The notes beneath the pieces are model-generated. The model searched no databases. It saw nothing but the letters and a program-made list of their open reading frames with translations, and was not told the origin of the DNA. The position numbers were made by a program, and so were the translations under genes. A DNA stretch of 64,000 nucleotides. It comes from an uncultured archaeon (lineage in GTDB: Archaea; Iainarchaeota; Iainarchaeia; Iainarchaeales; JAAZKV01). The first letter of the stretch is position 1. Each line of letters starts with the position of its first letter. The DNA lies in contig CABMEU010000024.1 in the NCBI GenBank assembly GCA_902385225.1, forward strand, positions 5,606 to 69,605, in the 5' to 3' direction. Shown in pieces: positions 56,523 to 64,000 of the stretch.

Positions 56523-56653
56523 AATATATTCTTATTTTGGAGGTGTTAAAAGAGTTAGGTTAGCTGCGTGCCGGGCAATTATTGCAAGCGCAAAAACAGC
56601 TCATTTCGAGTTTGAACCAAGCATATTTTAACCATTAATTTTCTAATTTTATT

Positions 56654-57967
56654 ATGGTTTTCGGCGGGTTAAAGGGATTTTTCTCAAAAAAAGAGGAATC
56701 TCCTTTCATTAAGATTGAAATAGAGCAAGTGCCTATGCTCATTGAGAAGGAATTCTTGCTCAAAAAGAGCGCGCTTGAGGATTTCTCTGCGAAAAAAATA
56801 GCGGAAGCAAAGTATGTTCATGGCAAAAGTTCCGCGCTTCTTGAGTTAATTTCAAATCAGGAGCTTGAGGGAAAGGCAAATGAAAGATTAAACAAAGCCG
56901 CTCTCACTTCAAAGAAACAGCTTGAGAATCAGCTGCGAAAACTGCTTGAAAAAATTAATCCGGAGAATAGGGGAACTACGCTTGATGATGCCAGAAAGTA
57001 TGCGGGGGAAGCAAACGCGCTTCTTGTCAATGAAATTGTGGGATTAAGGAAAAACATTGCATACACTAGTATTTACTTTAAGGATGAAATGAAGGCGCTT
57101 GGGGAGAATTTGCAGGAACTGCTTAATGATTTTAGCGCGATGAATAAGGAATTCGCGCAAGCCTCGGAGTTATTTGAATTTGAAAAAACAAAAGCTCTTG
57201 TCGGAGCGGTGATAAAAAAGAAGAAGAATATTGAGGAAAAAGAGGAAGCGCTGCAAAAAGCTGAGAGCGAGATTGGGGCTGTTGAAAGAAAATCCTCTGA
57301 ACAAAAAAACAGGCTTGTTGAGAAGCAATCGGGGAGCGAATTTGTAAAAGCGAGAGAGCTTGATGAGCAAATGAATAAATTAATGGGGGAGAAGCAGGAG
57401 CTCAAAACCGAAATCAGCACTCTGTTAATTAATATTGACAGGCCTATGCAGAGATTTCGGCAGTTAGTTGACTCGGGGAGATGGAAACTGCCTAAAGAAG
57501 AAAAGGATATGCTTGAGCAGTTCATTACTAACCCAATCCTTGCGCTGAAAAAAGACCCCCGCGCGGATATATTCAAAAAAGTTTTAGGCGAAGTTGTCGC
57601 CGCAATACAAGAAGGGGAAATTGAGCTAAAGGACAGGGAGAAAGAGAAGCGCCTTGAGGCACTGCAGGAAATAATTAACTTTGATTTCTTCGGAAAAGTA
57701 TTTTGGAAAATGAACGAGATACAAAAAAAACAGGACGAGCTGAACAAAATAATTGCCGAGAATAACGCTAAGAAGGATATTGCGAAAGAAGAGGACGCGC
57801 TAAAAGAACTCGGAAGAGTCGGAACTGAATTATCTGAGAAAAAAGAGTTCGCGAAAAAAGACCTTGAGAATGCAAGGCGCGAAATTGCGAATGAATTAGC
57901 TCAAATCAAAAAGTTTGCTGAAAAGGTTTTAGGAAAAACAATTATTTTTGAAGAAGAAGCGTTTTAG
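56654..57967 (+). CDS. Coiled-coil hypothetical protein
   Basis: 437 aa, E/K-rich heptads, no recognised catalytic motif. Confidence 0.8.
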   Translation: MVFGGLKGFFSKKEESPFIKIEIEQVPMLIEKEFLLKKSALEDFSAKKIAEAKYVHGKSSALLELISNQELEGKANERLNKAALTSKKQLENQLRKLLEKINPENRGTTLDDARKYAGEANALLVNEIVGLRKNIAYTSIYFKDEMKALGENLQELLNDFSAMNKEFAQASELFEFEKTKALVGAVIKKKKNIEEKEEALQKAESEIGAVERKSSEQKNRLVEKQSGSEFVKARELDEQMNKLMGEKQELKTEISTLLINIDRPMQRFRQLVDSGRWKLPKEEKDMLEQFITNPILALKKDPRADIFKKVLGEVVAAIQEGEIELKDREKEKRLEALQEIINFDFFGKVFWKMNEIQKKQDELNKIIAENNAKKDIAKEEDALKELGRVGTELSEKKEFAKKDLENARREIANELAQIKKFAEKVLGKTIIFEEEAF

Positions 57968-57980
57968 GAGCTGAGGAAAT

Positions 57981-58439
57981 TTGAAAAAGCAAATTGTTGT
58001 TGCCGCTTCGGGATATTTTGATCCATTGCACATTGGGCATGTGGAGTATCTTGAATTAGCAAAGAAGCTCGGGGACAAACTTGTTGTTATAGTTAATAAT
58101 GACGAACAGTGCAGGCTGAAAAAAGGCTTTGTTTTTATGCCCCAGGAAGAGCGAATGAAAATAATTGCGGCGCTAAAGCCAGTGGATGAAGTTGTTTTAA
58201 GCATTGATAAAGAAAAGTTTGGTATTCATGTTCCTGTTTCAAAAACACTTGAAATGATAAACCCTAATATTTTCGCAAAAGGCGGGGATAGGCATTCGGG
58301 AGAAATTCCTGAAGGTCCGGTATGCAAAAAACTTGGAATTAAGATTGTTGATGGGCTCGGAAAAAAAATTCAAGCATCCTCTGAGCTTGTGAAAAGAGCA
58401 CGGGAAATTGAGCAAAATAATGCCAAAAAAACTCCTTGA
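57981..58439 (+). CDS. Cytidylyltransferase-family nucleotidyltransferase (RibL/TagD-like)
   Basis: GYFDPLHIGH and KGGDR motifs; AGGAG RBS before the TTG start. Confidence 0.88.
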   Translation: MKKQIVVAASGYFDPLHIGHVEYLELAKKLGDKLVVIVNNDEQCRLKKGFVFMPQEERMKIIAALKPVDEVVLSIDKEKFGIHVPVSKTLEMINPNIFAKGGDRHSGEIPEGPVCKKLGIKIVDGLGKKIQASSELVKRAREIEQNNAKKTP

Positions 58440-58546
58440 AAATTCTCCGCTATTTAACCAAAACCCCAATTAAAACGCATTTTAGAGCCAATTTAAGCCA
58501 AACCAAAAAGCCCTTTTTTTAAGCATTTCCCACTGAATAGTTATGT

Positions 58547-59131
58547 ATGAATTCGGAGAACGAAATTAAGCTCTGCAAGTACTTGCTTGAAAAATACGCG
58601 GATATAATTAACGAGCGCGAGAAGCGCACTATTGGGGAAATTAAGGGGCTTGTTGATGGGAATGACCTTTCTATCCAGTCCTTTGTTGAGGATTTTAAGG
58701 GGGCGGCGTACTCTTTCCAAAATGATTATGAGAAAGCGCTCCGCACTGCATTTGATTTTGTTAAAAAAGAGATTAATTTTGTTGATGCTGAGCTTAATGT
58801 GAACTATTGGCTCGCCCCAAGAGAAATACTTGAACTAAAAGTCGCTGATGATGAGGACCTCGCGGTATTCCTCTGCGCCGTAATGAAAGCGCTTGGGGAT
58901 GATAAAGCGGAAGTGATAATTGCGGAGCTTGATAATTTAAGGACACACGCATTTGTGCTTACTGAGCTTGGAGAAAAAGCGCTTCTGCTTGACCCCGCGC
59001 AGGAACACAGCTTTGAGGATTACCTTGATACAAAAGTTGAGATACTTAAAAAATATGCTTTTCAGAAACAAAAAATCAAGAGATTCCTTTACAGGTTCAA
59101 TTCCGAGAAATACGAGCAGTTTTTGGAATAA
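58547..59131 (+). CDS. Transglutaminase-like fold protein, probably lacking the catalytic Cys
   Basis: YWLAPRE...ADDED (GDCED-like), HAF and LLDP motifs. Confidence 0.6.
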   Translation: MNSENEIKLCKYLLEKYADIINEREKRTIGEIKGLVDGNDLSIQSFVEDFKGAAYSFQNDYEKALRTAFDFVKKEINFVDAELNVNYWLAPREILELKVADDEDLAVFLCAVMKALGDDKAEVIIAELDNLRTHAFVLTELGEKALLLDPAQEHSFEDYLDTKVEILKKYAFQKQKIKRFLYRFNSEKYEQFLE

Positions 59132-59264
59132 AAACCGCTTCCCTTTGGAAGCCTTTGGCAGGTTTTTTAAATCATACTAATCAGGAATACCTTTGCTAAA
59201 CTGGTGAAGAAATGGCATCGAGAATTGCAGTGGCAATTCGAGATAAATAAAAATAGTGATTTTT

Positions 59265-59450
59265 ATGGTAGCAAAAAATAATTCAAATAAGTGCGCTTAT
59301 TGCGGTGCGTGCGTAGGCATCTGCCCTGTTGCGGCTATTGTGCTAAAGGATACAAGAATTTTTATTGATGAGAAGAAATGTATTTCCTGCGGGTCTTGCG
59401 TAAAAATCTGCCCTGTTGGAGCGATGAGCCTTGAAATTAAAAAGAAGTAA
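59265..59450 (+). CDS. 2x[4Fe-4S] ferredoxin
   Basis: CAYCGACVGICP and CISCGSCVKICP. Confidence 0.95.
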   Translation: MVAKNNSNKCAYCGACVGICPVAAIVLKDTRIFIDEKKCISCGSCVKICPVGAMSLEIKKK

Positions 59451-59475
59451 CCAAAAAATGCTTGAAGTGATTTTG

Positions 59476-60696
59476 ATGACTGGAAAAGAAATTGTTTATG
59501 ATGTAATAATTGCTGGTGCGGGTCCTGCCGGGCTTGCAGCTGGAATTGAGCTTGCTAAAGGAAAAGCGAATGTGCTCATACTTGATAGAAAACAGGAAAT
59601 CGGCTGCCCAAAGAGATGCGCTGAAGGGTTAAGCAACTCCTGGTTTAACATAATGAAATTAACTCCTAACCCAGAGTGGGCTGTTCAAAAAATTAAGGGT
59701 GCTGTTCTTTGGGCGCCTAATGGGAAGAGCGTAAAAATGAAGGATAAAAAAGAACTTGGGTATGTGCTTGAGAGAAAAATGTTTGAAAAACATCTCGCAA
59801 TTGAAGCTGCTAAACTTGGCGCAAAAATTCTTCTAAAGCACCAAATCATTGAAGCGAAAAGAGAGAACGGGATTGTTACATTAAAAGTTGAGGTTCATGA
59901 CCATGTTGAGGAATTCAAAGCAAAAATGGTTATTGCCTGCGACGGAATTGATTCGCTTGTAGCGCGAATGCTTGGGCTTAATACTGCAAATAATCTAAAG
60001 GACACTGATTCGGGTTACCAATACGAAATGACAAACATTTCAGGGTACGATGAGGATTGTCTTCACATGTATTTTGGTAATGAAGTTGCACCAAGAGGAT
60101 ATATTTGGATTTTCCCAAAAAGAGATGGTACTGCAAATGTTGGAATCGGAATAGGGGCATATGTTTCAGCTGAAACCAAAATTAACGCTAAAGGGTATCT
60201 TGACAGATGGATTGAGAAGCAGCCCGGGCTCAAAGACGGTTCAATTATAGAAGTTAATGCGGGAGGAATTCCTGTTGGCGGATTCCTTGAGAAAATGGAT
60301 GCTGATAATTTGCTCGTAGCTGGAGACGCGGGGCACATGGTTGATCCTATCCACGGCGGGGGAATTGGTATCGCAATGGAAGGCGGAAGACTCGCAGCGC
60401 AAGTTGCGCTCAAAGCAGTTAAAGCGAATGATTATACTTCAAAGACGCTTGGAACTTACACTAAAGAATGGTTCACACTTAGAGGAAACAAACTCAAAAC
60501 AAGATTAAAATCAAGGCACTTGCTTGAACACTTAAGCGATGATGATTTCAATTATTTAGCTGAAAGCATCACGATGGACGAAGCTTTGAAGATTGGAAAC
60601 GGCTCATTGTCAAAGTCAGAGAAAGTAATGCTATTCACAATAAAACTAATCAAGAGACCAAAACTCATTGCGATAATGAAGAAGTTCTTTGTTTAA
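59476..60696 (+). CDS. ggr: Geranylgeranyl reductase (digeranylgeranylglycerophospholipid reductase)
   Basis: GAGPAG, PKRCAEG, GYIWIFP (YxWxFP) and GDA...PIHGGGI motifs. Confidence 0.92.
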   Translation: MTGKEIVYDVIIAGAGPAGLAAGIELAKGKANVLILDRKQEIGCPKRCAEGLSNSWFNIMKLTPNPEWAVQKIKGAVLWAPNGKSVKMKDKKELGYVLERKMFEKHLAIEAAKLGAKILLKHQIIEAKRENGIVTLKVEVHDHVEEFKAKMVIACDGIDSLVARMLGLNTANNLKDTDSGYQYEMTNISGYDEDCLHMYFGNEVAPRGYIWIFPKRDGTANVGIGIGAYVSAETKINAKGYLDRWIEKQPGLKDGSIIEVNAGGIPVGGFLEKMDADNLLVAGDAGHMVDPIHGGGIGIAMEGGRLAAQVALKAVKANDYTSKTLGTYTKEWFTLRGNKLKTRLKSRHLLEHLSDDDFNYLAESITMDEALKIGNGSLSKSEKVMLFTIKLIKRPKLIAIMKKFFV

Positions 60697-60710
60697 GATT
60701 TCTAAAAAGC

Positions 60711-61424
60711 TTACTGAACTCTTCGTGCAATCACAACATCATGGTGCCAGATTTTTTTATAATCTCCTTGGCTGTAATACCACGGCCGGCATTCAACTTC
60801 AAAGCGCATCCCTTCTGTTTCAATAACTGATTTTCCGTGCGGACCAAATGTTTCATAATTTATGTCCGTGACGAGCGTTCCTCCGACTTTTAGAACTGGA
60901 AGAATTTGCCTTATATATTCTGGTGCTCTTTCATAAAGGTGAAGAATTCCCAAATTGGAATATAGAATATCTACACTGCCTTTCTTGAAATATCTGCGAA
61001 ACAAACTGTGTTTAGAAAATATATATCTTGCCTTATCATCAGAAAGCCATTCTTGGTAAGAAACATCTGAAAAGCCATAAGCTTTTACGCTTGGAAATTT
61101 TTTAGTAATACTTCCTAATGCAACTCCTCTCGCACAGCCAAAATCAACGACTACTGGTCGCCCTCCGCCCGCAACTTTTAAGGAAATCTCCCGTCCTAAT
61201 TTGAACCCCAAATTTTTCTGAACATCCGCAAAAGTGGTTGATTCTGATGGCCAGGGTGTTTTTGAGTCTGGAAGAAGCCTTGATGGTTTTACTTCCCTTC
61301 TGCGCCCCCAAGCCTCAACTTCACCGAATTTCAAAAACCCAGCCCTTGTTCGCCTGCCTTTCTCGCCAATAGTTCTTCCTTTCCCAAAAACAAAATGATT
61401 GCGGGACGAATTTGATGCTTGCAT
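60711..61424 (-). CDS. Class I SAM-dependent methyltransferase-like protein with basic N-terminus (paralogue 1)
   Basis: VVDFGCARG, VDILYSN and VLKVGG motifs. Confidence 0.75.
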   Translation of the reverse strand: MQASNSSRNHFVFGKGRTIGEKGRRTRAGFLKFGEVEAWGRRREVKPSRLLPDSKTPWPSESTTFADVQKNLGFKLGREISLKVAGGGRPVVVDFGCARGVALGSITKKFPSVKAYGFSDVSYQEWLSDDKARYIFSKHSLFRRYFKKGSVDILYSNLGILHLYERAPEYIRQILPVLKVGGTLVTDINYETFGPHGKSVIETEGMRFEVECRPWYYSQGDYKKIWHHDVVIARRVQ

Positions 61425-61475
61425 ATATAATGTTTGCTACATCAAAATTTAATTGTTTCCAAACACTACTTCTTC

Positions 61476-62585
61476 ATGGAAAACGAGAAAGCAATTCAGC
61501 TAAGCAACCTTACGCTTAAGCACTTGGTAGCGGAGCTTAAGTTCCTTGAGAATGGGTTTGTGAATAATGTGCAAACACTCGAGAACGGCTGGATGAAAAT
61601 GAAGGTGCATACTAAGCAGGGGGATAAGAATCTCGTGCTTACGCCTAACGCGTTGTTCATATCCAACTACTCGCTCCAAGCAAAATCAAGCCCTGGCGGG
61701 TTCTCCGCACTGCTCAAAAAATATTTAGACAATCAGAGAATTATTTCGCTCGCCCAGCGCTCCGCTGACAGAATTGTGGTTTTTGAATTTCCAAGTGTGT
61801 TTATGATACTTGAGCTCTTCGCAAAAGGAAATGTAATTCTTTGTGATAAAGAAATGAAAATAATTAAAGCAATGCGAAGGGAAGAGTGGAAGGATAGAAA
61901 ACTTGAGCAGAACGAGGAGTACAAATACCCAAGTTCAAAGGGAATTAATCCTGTTGAGGAAACCCAGAAAGAGTTTGACAAGAAACTCGCTGAAAACAAA
62001 AAAACTTTCTTTGGTGCGTGCGTGGATATACTCAATACTTCCCCAGCGATACTTGAATATGTTTTTGATGAGCTAAAACTTGATAAGAAAAAGAATGCGG
62101 CTGAAGCAACCGCTGCAGAAGCAAAGAAGCTCCTAAAGAAAATGCAGGAGATTTACAATAGCCCCGCGAAAAAAGCTTTCTTAATCGAGGGTGCGCTTTA
62201 TACTACTGAAATAGGAAAACCAAAGGATAAGGAATTTGAAAGTGTTAGCTCCGCACTTAACGCTCTGCTGCTTAATGAGGAAGTAAAGGAAAATGCGATG
62301 GCGCTTACTAAGGAAGCCAAAGTGGAAAAGGAGAGCAAATACGAAAAAGAGAAGCGCGCAAAGGAAAACCAAATGAAGGGACTTGAAGAACAAGCTAAGC
62401 AGGCACAGGAAAAGGGAGAACAAATTTATCTCAAGTACAATGAACTCAAGGAACTTGTTGAAGCGGTGAAGAAGGGAAAAGCGAAGGGGTTAACTGAAAA
62501 AGAAATCGTGGAGAAGATTAACTCAAAGAAGAAATTAATTAAGGAACTTGACTTTAAGAAAAATAAGCTTGTTGTTATGGATTAA
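61476..62585 (+). CDS. NFACT/Rqc2 (ribosome quality control) N-terminal part
   Basis: FSALLKKYL, DRIV, ILELFAKGNVIL and YKYP motifs followed by a coiled coil; ends early. Confidence 0.85.
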   Translation: MENEKAIQLSNLTLKHLVAELKFLENGFVNNVQTLENGWMKMKVHTKQGDKNLVLTPNALFISNYSLQAKSSPGGFSALLKKYLDNQRIISLAQRSADRIVVFEFPSVFMILELFAKGNVILCDKEMKIIKAMRREEWKDRKLEQNEEYKYPSSKGINPVEETQKEFDKKLAENKKTFFGACVDILNTSPAILEYVFDELKLDKKKNAAEATAAEAKKLLKKMQEIYNSPAKKAFLIEGALYTTEIGKPKDKEFESVSSALNALLLNEEVKENAMALTKEAKVEKESKYEKEKRAKENQMKGLEEQAKQAQEKGEQIYLKYNELKELVEAVKKGKAKGLTEKEIVEKINSKKKLIKELDFKKNKLVVMD

Positions 62586-63307
62586 TTCAAAACTTTGATG
62601 TGGACTGAATTGTTAATTAGTGTTACTTTACATTTTCGCCCATTAATGAGCGCGTGCCCCCAGTATCTTGTTGTCGTTACTCCGTCTTTTTTTAAATAAG
62701 CTGCTTGCTTTCTAATACCCCTCGGGATAAGTTCATAAAATCTAAACATTGATGACGGCAAAATATTTGCAACCATCTCACCGCCTGTCCTAAGAACTGG
62801 GATTAGGGAAAGCACATAATCGGGCTTTGTGTGCCACAACCCAAAGTTTGAGTAAATTAAATCAGCTGAGTTTTTCTTAAAATAACGCTTAAAATCTTTT
62901 TCCTGGGCGTGAATCAGTCGAACATTAGTTTGTTTTGTATCCCACGAAGGATACGCTTGATTGCTAAACCCATAAAACTTTGCCTGCTTGCAGGAAGAAG
63001 CAAGTTCTTCTAAAGCAACTCCTGCACCACAACCCCAATCAACTACAACCGGCGTTCTGCCTTTTTTCCCCACACCACTTATTAGCGATTTTATCTTGTT
63101 TTTTAGAGGAAAATGCAATTCCCCTTCTATTTTTTCAACTGATGAATATTCCATCCACCCGCGTCGGCGTACTTTTTGAACTTGTCTGAGTCGCCCTCTC
63201 TTTTTAACTAAAATTTCAATCCGCTCATCAGGCCATAATCGCGTCAAATTTCGTCTAAGCCGTGTTGGTCCAGCATATAATTTTTTTCCACCATAAACGG
63301 GCATCAA
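62582..63307 (-). CDS. Class I SAM-dependent methyltransferase-like protein with basic N-terminus (paralogue 2)
   Basis: VVDWGCGAG, ADLIYSN and VLRTGG motifs. Confidence 0.75.
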   Translation of the reverse strand: MMPVYGGKKLYAGPTRLRRNLTRLWPDERIEILVKKRGRLRQVQKVRRRGWMEYSSVEKIEGELHFPLKNKIKSLISGVGKKGRTPVVVDWGCGAGVALEELASSCKQAKFYGFSNQAYPSWDTKQTNVRLIHAQEKDFKRYFKKNSADLIYSNFGLWHTKPDYVLSLIPVLRTGGEMVANILPSSMFRFYELIPRGIRKQAAYLKKDGVTTTRYWGHALINGRKCKVTLINNSVHIKVLN

Positions 63308-63458
63308 ACCACTAAGTATAATTAGACGTCGTCAGATATAAAATCAGCCGTTGGATAGAAAGAACCAAAAAACCCAAATAAACATAACCCAACTTCTTCA
63401 AGTAAGCACTCTTTTCTCAAGAAAAAATTATCGCCTTTCTTCAAGGCCTGTAACAACC

Positions 63459-63519
63459 AAAAAAATTAGTAATAGTGTGCTTGGGAGTCTAGTCCAAACT
63501 CAAGCACTCTCGTGCTTGG
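63459..63519 (-). terminator. Hairpin and T-tract downstream of the PRC-barrel gene
   Basis: CAAGCAC-TCTC-GTGCTTG at 63501-63518; second GTGCTTG at 63477; A7 at 63459-63465 (T-tract on the minus strand). Confidence 0.45.
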
Positions 63520-63533
63520 TCTGGTTTTAAACA

Positions 63534-63809
63534 TTAATCCTTTTTCTGAGCTTCTTCTAGGATTTCTCTCTCATCAACAATGAACACATCGCTCACTGCT
63601 GTTACTGAGGAGTATGGCACTTCAATTAATTTGTCCACTTTCCCTAGTTTTGATAGAAGTCTGGATGTTCTGTCTACTTCAACGACCAAGAACTCTATGT
63701 CCCCGCCAACTTCGGATACGATTATGTCAACCAATTTGCCAACTTCGTCTCCTCTGTTAGTGATTACTCTTTTGGATGCTAGCTGTCTAGCGATTGTGTA
63801 TTTGTACAT
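63534..63809 (-). CDS. PRC-barrel domain protein (possibly CdpB-like cell-division factor)
   Basis: KRVITNRGDEVGKLVDI...VPYSSVTAVSDVFIV; AGGTG RBS. Confidence 0.85.
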   Translation of the reverse strand: MYKYTIARQLASKRVITNRGDEVGKLVDIIVSEVGGDIEFLVVEVDRTSRLLSKLGKVDKLIEVPYSSVTAVSDVFIVDEREILEEAQKKD

Positions 63810-64000
63810 TTTTTGACACCTGTAAAAACTTTAACAGATAGAAAGTCTAACTTCTTTATAAACATTTCCCCTGGAAAAAGCGAACTAAAAGAGGTTATGT
63901 ATTCTTCATTCCGAAGTGCAAAAATGAACTGTTGTCCGAGAAAGGTTGTGAAAAGATGAAATCTGGCTTATGTAGAGATACATAAATAGTGGGTCATTTC

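Noticed and set aside
63855..63900. AAAAGCGAA near the PRC-barrel promoter as a fourth copy of the shared motif
   Set aside because: The TACGRCAATTGACG core is missing and the spacing to the TATA box differs.
1..64000. CRISPR array, rRNA, tRNA, transposase or integrase
   Set aside because: No regularly spaced repeats, cloverleaf-like sequence or recombinase motifs were recognised by eye, and intergenic gaps are short. tRNAscan-SE and Infernal would be needed to exclude small RNAs.

Overview
Gene-dense archaeal chromosomal segment. Archaeal markers are TATA-box promoters, GGTGA/GGAG ribosome-binding sites, DTD2, thiolase/DUF35/HMG-CoA synthase, IPK and GGR. The gene content and a giant Ig-like surface protein suggest a DPANN lineage, possibly Iainarchaeota/Diapherotrites (inference, not tested). 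In order, the window holds: grpE-dnaK-dnaJ with a divergent wHTH regulator; a 2280-aa membrane-anchored surface protein; Dus, purF and a fused ADP-forming acetate-CoA ligase; an alpha/beta-hydrolase-DTD2 fusion; an RlmN-like/HD/HAM1 cassette; a four-subunit pyruvate:ferredoxin oxidoreductase operon; a leuABCD-ilvBHCD operon; a complete archaeal (Aeropyrum-type) modified mevalonate cluster with class II HMGR, IDI-2, GGPP synthase and ferredoxin-GGR; RecJ-like DHH; a truncated NFACT; and a PRC-barrel protein. Main candidates for novelty: (1) an unannotated Leu/Val/Ile-rich leader peptide with mutually exclusive hairpins and a U-tract upstream of leuA, resembling ribosome-dependent attenuation in an archaeon; (2) a motif CGAA-N6-TACGRCAATTGACG at near-identical spacing from the TATA box in the POR, mevalonate and GltD/NfnB-like promoters; (3) repeated intercalation of basic, Arg/Lys-rich orphan genes into conserved operons. 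No rRNA, tRNA, CRISPR array or transposase was recognised. All calls come from motif recognition by eye; no searches were run.
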